DNA of 64,000 nt from the NCBI GenBank assembly GCA_034669685.1, contig JAXMOU010000002.1, forward strand, positions 943,230-1,007,229, given 5' to 3'. The number at the start of each line of letters is the position of its first letter. The stretch's first letter is position 1. Of this stretch, positions 20,134 through 29,675 are shown in pieces. The DNA is from Sneathiella sp. (GTDB lineage Bacteria > Pseudomonadota > Alphaproteobacteria > Sneathiellales > Sneathiellaceae). Made by a program: the position numbers and the translations under genes. The notes beneath the pieces are model-generated. The model was not told the DNA's origin. It saw only the letters and a program-made list of their open reading frames with translations, and did no database searches.

Positions 20134-20739
20134 ATGCAGGTAACGAGAATTTGGATGGTACGGCATGCGCCCGTTGACGTTCAATATTTATATGGGCAAA
20201 TGGATGTTGACGCCGACGTTTCTGATACAACTTCTTTTCAATGGTTATCCAATCAACTTCCCGCTCGTTTTAGTGCATTTTCAAGCGACTTAGTACGTTG
20301 CCGCCAGACCTTGGGCACGTTGCTTCCTTATGGTCATGAGCTTGAAATGCATACAAGTTCAAGCCTGTTGCGAGAGCAGAGCTTTGGTGATTGGGAAGGT
20401 TTAAGCTACCGTCAGATTGAAGAGAAATATAGCGATCTTTACATTAGGTTTTGGGAAAACCCTGTTGAAAATGCACCTCCAGGAGGAGAGAGTTTCTCCG
20501 AGGTTGTCGATCGGTCCAGTCAGTATTTTAACTCAGTTTTGGAAGACACGAAATCTGACGACGTTGTTTTTTTCGTGCACGCCGGAACAATTCGGTCATT
20601 ACTCGCACATGTTTTAGAAATTGAGCCTGCGAAGTCCCAGTTATTTGATATAGAGCCCTTATCGTTGTCGCGGGTAACCCTTTACCGGCAAGACAGTACC
20701 CTGAGCTGGAAACTGGATTGGGTTAATCGGGTGAGCTGA
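20134..20739 (+). CDS. Histidine phosphatase family, CobC-like alpha-ribazole phosphatase
   Basis: VRHAPV, SSDLVRCRQT, EQSFGDWEG, PPGGESF, HAGTIR; adjacent to cobT. Confidence 0.75.
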   Translation: MQVTRIWMVRHAPVDVQYLYGQMDVDADVSDTTSFQWLSNQLPARFSAFSSDLVRCRQTLGTLLPYGHELEMHTSSSLLREQSFGDWEGLSYRQIEEKYSDLYIRFWENPVENAPPGGESFSEVVDRSSQYFNSVLEDTKSDDVVFFVHAGTIRSLLAHVLEIEPAKSQLFDIEPLSLSRVTLYRQDSTLSWKLDWVNRVS

Positions 20740-20741
20740 GA

Positions 20742-21755
20742 TTAGTCTTTGCCGCTAACACCGGCTTCGGCAAAACTTGCCATTCCGGCGTGGCAAGCAA
20801 TTGCACCTTTTAATATTCCAAGCGCTAGAGCGGCACCTGAGCCTTCACCCAGTCGCATGTTCAACTCCAGTAGAGGTTCTTTGGTAATATGTTTCAGAAG
20901 TCTTTGGTGGCCAGGCTCCGCGGAGCAGTGTCCTGCAATACAGTGCGCAAGTGCGTCTTTTGAAAGGCAATGAAGTATTGCAGCGGAAGCGGTGGCAACA
21001 AACCCGTCCAAAATAACAGGAATTCTGTGCAGTCTTGCGGCGGCGATTGCACCCGTCATAGCAGCAAGCTCTCGTCCTCCAAGACATCTAAGGATTTGGA
21101 GGGGATCCTCTAGTATTTTTTGGTGTCGCTGTAATCCTTCATCGATCACCTTCGCTTTTAAGGTCACGCCTTCTTCAGAAACGCCAGTCCCCGGTCCGGC
21201 CCAGTCTTTTCCATTTCCCTGGAACAGAGCCGCAGACAGGGCCGAAGCAACTGTTGTATTGCCGATCCCCATTTCTCCAACGACAAGGCAGTCTGCATCG
21301 GGATTCACGGAAGACCAGCCGATATTAATAGCTTCAATGCATTCCTCTTCAGACATTGCAGCTGTTTCTGTAAAATCAGCGGTCGGATGATCAAGCGCCA
21401 GAGGGTGTACTGAAAATTGCGCGCTAAATACGGCAGCAAGCTGGTTGATCGCAGCCCCACCGTTTTTAAAATTCTCCACCATCTGAATCGTCACTTCTGG
21501 AGGGAATGCTGAAACACCACGTTGGCAGACGCCATGATTACCGGCGAAAATAGTGATTTGAGGGGCCTCAAGGGTTGGCGGATTTTTCCCTTGCCACGCT
21601 GCGGCCCAAATGGCGAGCTCTTCCAATCGGCCTAACGATCCTGCTGGTTTTGTAAGTGACGCGTTTCGAGAGGCGGCAGCTTCCTCGCAGGATTTGTTGG
21701 GAGCCGGAAAGGTTTCGACTGTGCTGCGGAAACTGGAAAGATCGCTGAAGCGCAT
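20742..21755 (-). CDS. cobT: Nicotinate-nucleotide--dimethylbenzimidazole phosphoribosyltransferase
   Basis: LTKPAGSLGRLEELA, FAGNHGV, GEMGIGNTT, VILDGFVATA, LNMRLGEGSGAALA. Confidence 0.95.
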   Translation of the reverse strand: MRFSDLSSFRSTVETFPAPNKSCEEAAASRNASLTKPAGSLGRLEELAIWAAAWQGKNPPTLEAPQITIFAGNHGVCQRGVSAFPPEVTIQMVENFKNGGAAINQLAAVFSAQFSVHPLALDHPTADFTETAAMSEEECIEAINIGWSSVNPDADCLVVGEMGIGNTTVASALSAALFQGNGKDWAGPGTGVSEEGVTLKAKVIDEGLQRHQKILEDPLQILRCLGGRELAAMTGAIAAARLHRIPVILDGFVATASAAILHCLSKDALAHCIAGHCSAEPGHQRLLKHITKEPLLELNMRLGEGSGAALALGILKGAIACHAGMASFAEAGVSGKD

Positions 21756-21923
21756 AAGGGGCCTGACATTTCATGAAAATACGAGGGCATTCTAGTCTTC
21801 ATGAAAGTAAACGCAACCCATCTGGTTAAAGAACTTTCGGCCTAAAATAAAACCCACATCTTGTTTTTCAGTTGAGATTGATATTTAAGTGGAATGATCG
21901 TTCAAATAAAAGGATTAATCAAA

Positions 21924-22451
21924 ATGACAGGTGTAAAATTAGCTGCTGCGAGCAAATTTCCGGAAATAAATGTTCAGCTGATTGGCGGCGAAAGCCATGA
22001 GTTGGGGCAATCTTCAGGTACAGATAGATGGAAGTTAATCGTTGTCTATCGTGGCTTGCATTGTCCGTTATGCGCAAAATATCTAGCGCAACTCGAAGAG
22101 ATGGCGAGTGAATTTCACGAAGCCGGGGCCGATATTATTGCGGTATCTGGAGATGGTCAGGCCAAAGCCAAGGAGCAGGTGGAAAGAGGAAAATTGTCGA
22201 TTCCGCTTGCCTACGGTCTGACGACGAAACAAATGACAGATATGGGATTGTATATTTCAAATCCAAGATCTCCTGAGGAGACAGATCAACCATTTCCTGA
22301 GCCGGGTTTGTTCGTGTTGACGCCCGAGCGAGAAATTCAAATTGTTGATATTTCTAACGCGCCTTTTTCTCGCCCAGATTTGCCTGCAATTTTAAGAGGA
22401 TTGAATTTTGTCCGGACGAATGGATATCCGATTCGAGGTACATTTAAATAA
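21924..22451 (+). CDS. AhpC/TSA-like redoxin
   Basis: YRGLHCPLC (CxxC), FPEPGLFV, SNAPFSRPDL; AGGA RBS before ATG 21924. Confidence 0.85.
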   Translation: MTGVKLAAASKFPEINVQLIGGESHELGQSSGTDRWKLIVVYRGLHCPLCAKYLAQLEEMASEFHEAGADIIAVSGDGQAKAKEQVERGKLSIPLAYGLTTKQMTDMGLYISNPRSPEETDQPFPEPGLFVLTPEREIQIVDISNAPFSRPDLPAILRGLNFVRTNGYPIRGTFK

Positions 22452-22890
22452 GTGGGGGTTTCTAATCTGTATATTTGTGATATAATTGTTACGTTATGTT
22501 ACCTTTGGGGGATTCCAGCGGATTTTGATTAGATAATCAATCAGGTGTTGTGTAGGGTGCCCATTTGGGATGAAGTAAGGTTTATAGTCGAATAAAAGAA
22601 ATTTATTGCTGAAAGTTGAGAGTTACTGGGGCGCACCAAAATATTTCAACTTTATGCCAGATAAGGTGACTTATTTGAAAAAAGTTTGTGTAATTAATGA
22701 AAAGGCGTCTAAGGGCTTTGAAAAAGTCTATGACTGATATTTGGTTTTTTATCCGACATATAAACAATTCAAGGTTTATGAGGACGTGGATCATTCATAA
22801 GAATGATTGTATTTTCTAAAGAATTGTTACAAGAAATGAAAAGTTATCCTGATTGGATGTGTGTGGATTGGTAGTTGGAGACTGGACATA

Positions 22891-23382
22891 ATGCAAGATG
22901 AAAATACTGTGCAGTCGAGTGTAGAAATACGTGACAGTATTGCATGTAAAGTTAAATGGTTTAATACGGCAAAGGGATTCGGTTTCGTTGAGCCTCTTGA
23001 TGGAACTGGAGATGCTTTTGTCCATATTTCAGTGCTTCAGAATATTGGCCTGCAGGGCCTTCCAGAAGGGGCACCGATTGTTTGTGACTTGACGGCGGGC
23101 GTTCGCGGCCAGCAGGTGCATAAAATACATAATCTTGGGCCAGCGCCGGTGCTTGATCAACGCGAAGGTGATACAGAGCTTATTGAAGGAACAGTGAAGT
23201 TTTTTAATACAGAAAAAGGCTTCGGTTTCGTAACACCTGATGATGCAAGTCGAGATATATTTGTACATATGAAGGCTTTGGAAAAATCAGGACTTGGTGT
23301 ACTCGAGGCTGCCCAAAGGGTTCGCTTAAACGTGAAAGACGGTGAAAAAGGGCCCCTTGCCGAAGGCGTGGAGCTTATTTAA
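22891..23382 (+). CDS. Cold-shock protein with two CSD domains
   Basis: VKWFNTAKGFGFV...DAFVHIS and VKFFNTEKGFGFV...DIFVHMK; GGAG RBS. Confidence 0.92.
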   Translation: MQDENTVQSSVEIRDSIACKVKWFNTAKGFGFVEPLDGTGDAFVHISVLQNIGLQGLPEGAPIVCDLTAGVRGQQVHKIHNLGPAPVLDQREGDTELIEGTVKFFNTEKGFGFVTPDDASRDIFVHMKALEKSGLGVLEAAQRVRLNVKDGEKGPLAEGVELI

Positions 23383-23405
23383 ACCGTTAAAAACACTGAA
23401 TATGC

Positions 23406-23440
23406 AAGCCTCGCCACGATGAGTGACGGGGTTTTTATTT
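23406..23440 (+). terminator. Probable intrinsic terminator after the csp gene
   Basis: Imperfect hairpin AAGCCTCGCCAC / GTGACGGGGTTT followed by TTATTT. Confidence 0.6.
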
Positions 23441-23540
23441 GTGCCGCCTCGGTGTTTATGGCTTGATATCTTTGGATAATAAGGGCACCCTTTCGCGGTG
23501 AAAACCTGAAAGAATAATCAAAAAGATCAGGAGAGAGATT

Positions 23541-24728
23541 ATGCCGGGAATACTTGAAGGTGTTCGTGTACTTGACTTCGGACGTTATATTGCGGGGCCT
23601 TACTGCACGACGATATTGGCTCAGCTTGGTGCCGAAGTTATTCGTATTGAAAAGTTGGATGGAAGCGAAGACAGGTTTACGACACCTGTTAGTGAGAGTG
23701 GTGAAGGCGCCATGTTGCTGCAAATCGCCAACAGTAAGAAAAGCCTGACTCTAAATCCGATGAAACCGGAAGCAAAAGAAGTTATGCAGCGCCTGATAAA
23801 ATCGTCAGATGTTGTCGTAGCAAATCTGCCTTTGGAAACATTGGACGCAATGGGGCTTGATTATGAAAGTTTGAAGTTAATCAAAGAGGATATCATTCTC
23901 ACCCATCAATCTGCGTTTGGCGATACAGGACCCTACAAAAATCGGGTTGGTTTCGACGGTATTGGACAGGCGATGTCTGGTTCAATGTATATGTCGGGGG
24001 ATGAAGAAACGGGCCCTCGTAAATTGAGCAGCCCCTGGGTTGATTTTACGACGGCACTAGTCGGCTGTATCGGCACGCTATCTGCCATCATGCATCACCG
24101 GGCAACCGGCGAAGGGCAGATGGTTGTGGGGTCGCTTTTTGGCTCATCCATTATGGTTTCAATCGCCGCGTTAATTGAGCAGGATTTGCTGCAATTAAAC
24201 CGGACTGGAATTGGAAATCGCGGTTACAACGGCGGCCCATCCGACACATTCAAAACGAAGGATGGGTGGGTTTTGGTTCAATCAATTGGACGGCCATTGT
24301 TTAAACGCTGGTGCGACTTAATCGGCGAGGATCATTGGTTAAGCGATCCACGCTTCGATAGTGATCAAGATCGCGGAGATAACGGGCATCTGATTTCAGA
24401 GAGAATGGCCACGTGGTGCGCCGAAAGAACAACAGACGAAGCCATTAAAGCAATGGAGCAGGTAAGGTTGCCATGCGGTCCTGTTTTATCGCCACAAGAA
24501 GTTTTGGATGACCCACATTTAGCGGCGATGGGATTGTTGCAAAGATTAGAATATCCGGGTTTATCCAAACCTGCGCCGATCGCAAACTTCCCACTTAAAA
24601 TGTCTAAAACCGAGGTATCCATCAAGCATAGAGCTCCTTTACTTGGTGAACACACAGAGGATCTTTTGACTGAGTTGGGTTTCTCAGCTGATGACATTGC
24701 AAGCCTGAGGGAAAAACGCGTCGTTTAA
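23541..24728 (+). CDS. CaiB/BaiF family III CoA-transferase
   Basis: LEGVRVLDFGRYIAGPY, LGAEVIRIE, SDVVVAN, GFDGIGQAMSG, APLLGEHT. Confidence 0.92.
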   Translation: MPGILEGVRVLDFGRYIAGPYCTTILAQLGAEVIRIEKLDGSEDRFTTPVSESGEGAMLLQIANSKKSLTLNPMKPEAKEVMQRLIKSSDVVVANLPLETLDAMGLDYESLKLIKEDIILTHQSAFGDTGPYKNRVGFDGIGQAMSGSMYMSGDEETGPRKLSSPWVDFTTALVGCIGTLSAIMHHRATGEGQMVVGSLFGSSIMVSIAALIEQDLLQLNRTGIGNRGYNGGPSDTFKTKDGWVLVQSIGRPLFKRWCDLIGEDHWLSDPRFDSDQDRGDNGHLISERMATWCAERTTDEAIKAMEQVRLPCGPVLSPQEVLDDPHLAAMGLLQRLEYPGLSKPAPIANFPLKMSKTEVSIKHRAPLLGEHTEDLLTELGFSADDIASLREKRVV

Positions 24729-25432
24729 TCCTGTTTCGAAAAGAGATTTGTCCAGTGCGTTAAAAAGCGCCAGGACCAGTTATTCATTTCAATGTCGTGG
24801 TGCGCCCGGTCGGCTAGCTGTTCCTTAGCTGACTGAGCGCCCGGCTCCACTAGCATATGGGAGGCTTTTCGAAGCCATTTTCGGTTCATTGCTTCAGTGA
24901 CTTCCGGGTGAAACTGAATTCCATAAGCATATTTACCGTAGCGAAATGCCTGATTGGGGAAAAACTCTCCGCGTGCCAGTAATTCGCAGCTTTGTGGGAG
25001 TTCGAAGCCTTCTTTATGCCATTGATAGGCATGTAGATGCTTGTCAAAGTAAGCTGTGCCGGCGTTTGTCGGTTCAACCCGATAATAGCCAATTTCCATT
25101 AGGCCTTCTGGGTGCCTGGTTACATCGGCCCCAAGGGTGCGTGCCATGATTTGAGCGCCTAGGCATATTCCCAAATAAGGCGTGTTCGTTTGAATAACCC
25201 GCTCAACATATCCAGTCTCTTCGCGAATAAATTCCTCATGATCATCATTCGCGCTCATGGGGCCGCCAAAAATGACGGCTCCATGATGATCTGTTGGATC
25301 TTTTGGTAACTCATGGCCAATTGCAGGAATCCGAATATCCAAATCATAGCCTAGGGTTCGAAGCATTTCGCCAACCCGGCCCGGATCTGATTTGGCCTGA
25401 TGCATGACTAGGAGTATTTTCTTCTGTGACAT
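24725..25432 (-). CDS. Class I glutamine amidotransferase-like protein
   Basis: GGPMSAND, LGICLGAQ nucleophile elbow, QFHPE triad. Confidence 0.9.
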   Translation of the reverse strand: MSQKKILLVMHQAKSDPGRVGEMLRTLGYDLDIRIPAIGHELPKDPTDHHGAVIFGGPMSANDDHEEFIREETGYVERVIQTNTPYLGICLGAQIMARTLGADVTRHPEGLMEIGYYRVEPTNAGTAYFDKHLHAYQWHKEGFELPQSCELLARGEFFPNQAFRYGKYAYGIQFHPEVTEAMNRKWLRKASHMLVEPGAQSAKEQLADRAHHDIEMNNWSWRFLTHWTNLFSKQD

Positions 25433-25483
25433 TACAACTTTCTACACTTAAAACGACTTTAGAATGCAATTGGATTGGCGCCG

Positions 25484-26245
25484 CTACATCGCGCTAATGC
25501 CGCCATCCAGCACAAGTTCAGCGCCAGTCATGAATTTGGATTCGTCCGATGCCAAATATAATACACCATATGCAATGTCATCTGGTTCGCCAATATGGCC
25601 AATTGGAATTTGCCGGGCGAGTTTTTCCTGCCCCTGACTTGTGCCAAGACGTTCAAACATTTTGTCAAGGATTGGCGTTTTTACAAATGTGGGGTGTACA
25701 GAATTACATCTGATGCCATTCTTTTTACGCGCGCAGTGCAAAGCAACAGATTTACTGAGATGGCGCACGGCTGCTTTTGCAGAATTGTAAGCAGCTATAT
25801 TATGGCCCGCGATAATCCCAGCAATCGACGAGATGTTTATGATAGAGCCAAGACCGTCTGTCTTTTCCATATAGGCTATTGCATATTTGCAACCAAGAAA
25901 GACAGAGTCCAAATCTATTGAGTGAACCTTCTTCCAAGTCGCAAAATCGGTGTTTTCTACATCTGAACCATCGCCAATGCCGGCATTGTTGACAAGTATA
26001 TTTAGCCCCCCAAAATGCTTTTCAGTTTCGGCGAGGACTTCTTGCCACCGATTTTCAGATGTAACATCCTGTTCTAATGCAAGCGCATTCTCACCAATCA
26101 TTTCGACTGTTTCGTTTGCGGATTGCATATTGATGTCTGTTACAACGACTTTTGCCCCTTCTTTTGCCAGCATAATTGCCATTGCACGTCCCAGACCGCT
26201 GCCTGCTCCGGTAACCAATGCTATTTTTCCGTCTACACGTCCCAT
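25484..26245 (-). CDS. Short-chain dehydrogenase/reductase (3beta/17beta-HSD / cyclopentanol dehydrogenase-like)
   Basis: TGAGSGLG, NNAG, YNSAK, NSVHP, DGG. Confidence 0.92.
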   Translation of the reverse strand: MGRVDGKIALVTGAGSGLGRAMAIMLAKEGAKVVVTDINMQSANETVEMIGENALALEQDVTSENRWQEVLAETEKHFGGLNILVNNAGIGDGSDVENTDFATWKKVHSIDLDSVFLGCKYAIAYMEKTDGLGSIINISSIAGIIAGHNIAAYNSAKAAVRHLSKSVALHCARKKNGIRCNSVHPTFVKTPILDKMFERLGTSQGQEKLARQIPIGHIGEPDDIAYGVLYLASDESKFMTGAELVLDGGISAM

Positions 26246-26331
26246 TTTTGTGACCTCTTTAATTTTTTTTTACGCTATTGCATGTTATTTGAGTTTTTGA
26301 AAAAGAGTTTCGTTGAACCAGTGTTGCGATT

Positions 26332-27114
26332 GTGAGAAGCATGTCAACAATCCTGTATTGGTTTTGCCCACATTTAATTTTTCTTGGAAAGTCCGTTTTG
26401 TATAACTCAGTTTCTAATAAGCACGAACTCGCTAGTTGGTTTTGGTTGTGGCTGATGCCTTCAATTCTGGTCGTTCAGTTGATTGTACGCGCAATATCCC
26501 AGGACTTCGCTACTGAGTATTTCAGTGGTGAAGGTGGCATAATTGAAAATTTTACGGTCATCGTTTTGATACCGGCAATTTTGATTGCAATTTACATTGT
26601 CGCTAACCGTTCACAATTACCAGATAGAAGACTGGCTATCTGGTATGGTCTTTTGGGACTGGCTTGTTTGTATTTTGCTGGTGAAGAAGCCAGTTGGGGG
26701 CAGCATTGGTTCGGCTGGCAGACACCTGCGATGCTGGGGGAACTGAATGACCAAGGTGAAACTAATTTGCATAACATGTCATCCTGGTTGGATCAGAAGC
26801 CGCGTTTGATTGTAGAGCTGTCGGCATTGATTGGTGGGGTCATTTTGCCATTACGCCGGCGTTGGAAAGGCATAGTTTATCAGCCCGGTACTTGGCAATA
26901 TTACTTCTGGCCAACATGGGTTTGTCTTCCTGTCGGTGTGATAGTAGGGCTCATAAAAATACCTGATCGTGTCATTGGTGCTGCGAATATCCCCTATCCT
27001 TTCAATTTAAATGTAAGCGAAACTCAGGAACTCTACGTCGCTTTGGCGTTTCTTGTGTATTTAATGTCAGTTGCGGTGCGCTTGCGTTCTGGCAACGCCC
27101 AAATAAATACGTGA
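26332..27114 (+). CDS. Uncharacterised integral membrane protein
   Basis: About 6 hydrophobic segments; polar loop AGEEASWGQH...NDQGETNLHN. Start uncertain (26341 or TTG 26398). Confidence 0.7.
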   Translation: MRSMSTILYWFCPHLIFLGKSVLYNSVSNKHELASWFWLWLMPSILVVQLIVRAISQDFATEYFSGEGGIIENFTVIVLIPAILIAIYIVANRSQLPDRRLAIWYGLLGLACLYFAGEEASWGQHWFGWQTPAMLGELNDQGETNLHNMSSWLDQKPRLIVELSALIGGVILPLRRRWKGIVYQPGTWQYYFWPTWVCLPVGVIVGLIKIPDRVIGAANIPYPFNLNVSETQELYVALAFLVYLMSVAVRLRSGNAQINT

Positions 27115-27255
27115 GACTGGGTTTACAGTCCTGAAGCGACGTGTTTATTTATGGACTCTTGCGCAGCAGATAAGTTATATGATGAACCGCGATTTTAATC
27201 TGGGGCGCAACAGGGTAAACTCCTGTTGAGACCTTGAGGGTATGAAAGGCTGACG

Positions 27256-27582
27256 ATGAGTTGGACAGACGAGCGAATTGAAAAACTAAAAAGCCTCTGG
27301 GGATCTGGTAAAACAGCTGCTGAAATTGCTGAAGAGCTCGGTGGTGTTACCCGAAACGCTGTCATTGGTAAAGCAAATCGCTTGGGGTTGTCAGCGAAAG
27401 CGACAACAGCTGCTGCGCCGAAAGCAAAGAAGAAAGTTATTCCGGCGCACCGTGCCTGCCAGTGGCCGATTGGGCATCCCGGAGAAGCGGGATTTCATTT
27501 TTGTGAAGAAGAGTCTGTTCCAAGTAAACCATACTGTTTGAAGCATTGTAATATGGCTTACCAGTCGCGTGACAATAACTAA
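27256..27582 (+). CDS. gcrA: GcrA-family cell-cycle regulator (compact, 108 aa)
   Basis: MSWTDERIEKLKSLW...AEIAEELGGVTRNAVIGKANRLGLS N-domain; CQWPIGHP...FHFC...PYCLKH C-domain. Confidence 0.9.
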   Translation: MSWTDERIEKLKSLWGSGKTAAEIAEELGGVTRNAVIGKANRLGLSAKATTAAAPKAKKKVIPAHRACQWPIGHPGEAGFHFCEEESVPSKPYCLKHCNMAYQSRDNN

Positions 27583-27597
27583 GCTATAATTACTGAA

Positions 27598-29637
27598 TTA
27601 CTGCTTTGTTATAATGCCACGCATATCTTCATTGTTTAGATATTCAATCGAAAGATAGGAGTTGATCGGTTTTTCCGTAGCTTCTAAGTGGCCCGTGGGT
27701 CCCCGATCATAAATATATCCAACTCTTTGGGCCTTTGTTGCGCGGCCAGAAGCATCTGTTTCTACAACTTGGGCACCATGATATGTAAAGTCAGTTGTTT
27801 TTGTGCCCTGACTTCGGGTCCAGCCGATTAAACGACCTTGATTGTCATAGTGATAATCGTCGCGCCAGTTTCGCTTTGCAAAAATCTGCGGGTCTACATA
27901 GATGCGTTCGTTGCCCGTGTGATCAATGCTCTGGATTTTACCTTGTGCAGAATACACTCTTGTTTGGTTTTCAGGATAAAGCAGAGTTACGAAAGACGGT
28001 GCAGATACGGATTTATCGGTTACTGCAAACACAGCAATCTCGACACGGTTTGAAGTTGCGCCTTTTCGGCTTTTGGGTTCAAACGGTGTGTGCCATTTGG
28101 ACGTTATACGAACTGTACCGCCATCAGCAGTTGATTTCTCAATTGATATTTTTCCAGGATCACCCTGCAAAAGGACCCATTTGTATTCAATTTTCTCATT
28201 AAAGTTTTTATTTACAGATTTAACCTGAATTTTCATTGTTTTTTGAAATGCGCTGCTGCGAATGACGCGCGCGATAGCCGCGGGCGTATTAAAAAGAGTT
28301 TCAGGCAAGCTAAGCGTGAAGTCATCAATTCCAGGAATGGGCTGGTTCTCTTCTAGAACACGCATTTGGACTATTGAGGGAAATTCAGAAGCGTCCAGAT
28401 CGTTGGCAAGGCGGATCATTTTTACGAGATCTATGTCGTCACCAGTAAACACGGCTGGGTGAGACTTGTAAGTGAAGTAATCTTCAGGGCTGACTGCGCT
28501 TTTCTGTCCCTTTCTAAAAACCATTTGGATTGCGGGGATTAATTTTGCGCTCTCGACCAATTCTTGTTTTTCTGCAGGCTTGAAGGCCGCAAGAATGGAG
28601 CTTACTGCCCTCAAGAAAGGTTGGTCTGAACCGGATTTCCCTTCTGATATCAATAGGTATGGTGTGTTCGTCGGCAACAGATCCTTTTGTTTGGTATAGT
28701 CTCTGACAGCTGGGAATATATAAAGTTGGCTGTTTAGGTACTGCAGTGCAAGTTGCCGTGGACCATTTGGCAACGTATAGGCAAGGCGAGCCTGGCTTCG
28801 CCAGAACGGGCCTGAAGATACGGCCGTTGATGTATTTCCAAAAGTTGGCGTGTTGTACAGAATTTTGGTGTTCAGGCCATAGTCTATGTCGTTTTCAACG
28901 GCGATCTTGCTATATTGAGTAAATGCCAGCTGTGGGTATTGTTTTGGGTTTAAAGATGAATGTTTGCGATCCCGATTATCATATAGATCACCGGTATTGC
29001 CAGCAGCCAATCCTCGCTGGAAAAGAGAGTTTAGCTCTTTCGCGGCAAGGTCATCATATTGTTGGACTTTTGCTGGAGCCACTTTTCGGCTGTTAAATTT
29101 AAAATAGGCTTTTAACGCCGCAACGCGGGGATCCCAAATCGTATTCGCGCTGGTAATTGGCGCGAGCTGCTTTTGTATGGTTGAGGGTTGAGGTTTCTGC
29201 TCATTGGTGATTGGCGCCTTCTGGGCTTTCTTCTGGATGAGCTTTTCCACTCGTAGATTAAAGCCTTTGTCTTCTCTTAGCGGTGCCAGGTTTTGATCTT
29301 TAAACAAAAGAGTCTGGTTATCAAATCCAGCGGCTATTGCCTGATCAAGTGCATCAAAGGCTTTTTGTGTTTTCCCTTGAGAGGCGTAAAGAGTTGTCAG
29401 TAAATACGGTGCTTCGATGTACCAAGGATAGCTCTTGGTAATCTCAGTCAGGATTTTTTCTGCCCGCTCGATTTGCTTTGCTTTTAAGGAAATAACGGCA
29501 ACTTGCATTTTCTCGCTGACTTGGGGGAGTGAAAACAGCTGGGTTTCTTCACGATAGGCCGAAGCAGCCCCTTTTTGAGCAGGCAATAGTATAAAAAGTG
29601 AAGCAATTATGATGCTGAATTTATGCAATGGGATCAT
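27598..29637 (-). CDS. Secreted protein with N-terminal TPR-like helices and a large unknown domain
   Basis: Signal-peptide-like N-terminus (IIIASLFILLPAQKGAASA); TPR-like APYLLTTLYASQGKTQKAFDALDQAI; GDLYDNRDRKHS; YD-like C-terminal DDYHYDNQGRLIGW. Confidence 0.75.
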   Translation of the reverse strand: MIPLHKFSIIIASLFILLPAQKGAASAYREETQLFSLPQVSEKMQVAVISLKAKQIERAEKILTEITKSYPWYIEAPYLLTTLYASQGKTQKAFDALDQAIAAGFDNQTLLFKDQNLAPLREDKGFNLRVEKLIQKKAQKAPITNEQKPQPSTIQKQLAPITSANTIWDPRVAALKAYFKFNSRKVAPAKVQQYDDLAAKELNSLFQRGLAAGNTGDLYDNRDRKHSSLNPKQYPQLAFTQYSKIAVENDIDYGLNTKILYNTPTFGNTSTAVSSGPFWRSQARLAYTLPNGPRQLALQYLNSQLYIFPAVRDYTKQKDLLPTNTPYLLISEGKSGSDQPFLRAVSSILAAFKPAEKQELVESAKLIPAIQMVFRKGQKSAVSPEDYFTYKSHPAVFTGDDIDLVKMIRLANDLDASEFPSIVQMRVLEENQPIPGIDDFTLSLPETLFNTPAAIARVIRSSAFQKTMKIQVKSVNKNFNEKIEYKWVLLQGDPGKISIEKSTADGGTVRITSKWHTPFEPKSRKGATSNRVEIAVFAVTDKSVSAPSFVTLLYPENQTRVYSAQGKIQSIDHTGNERIYVDPQIFAKRNWRDDYHYDNQGRLIGWTRSQGTKTTDFTYHGAQVVETDASGRATKAQRVGYIYDRGPTGHLEATEKPINSYLSIEYLNNEDMRGIITKQ

Positions 29638-29675
29638 TTGACTGGGATGCTCAAAAAACGGTTTGAAGTCATGGG

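Noticed and set aside
21756-21923. Cobalamin riboswitch upstream of cobT
   Set aside because: No B12-box or conserved core is recognisable, and the gap is short.
22603-22794. 63-aa minus-strand ORF in the csp upstream gap
   Set aside because: No recognisable motif or RBS; consistent with a chance ORF in AT-rich DNA.
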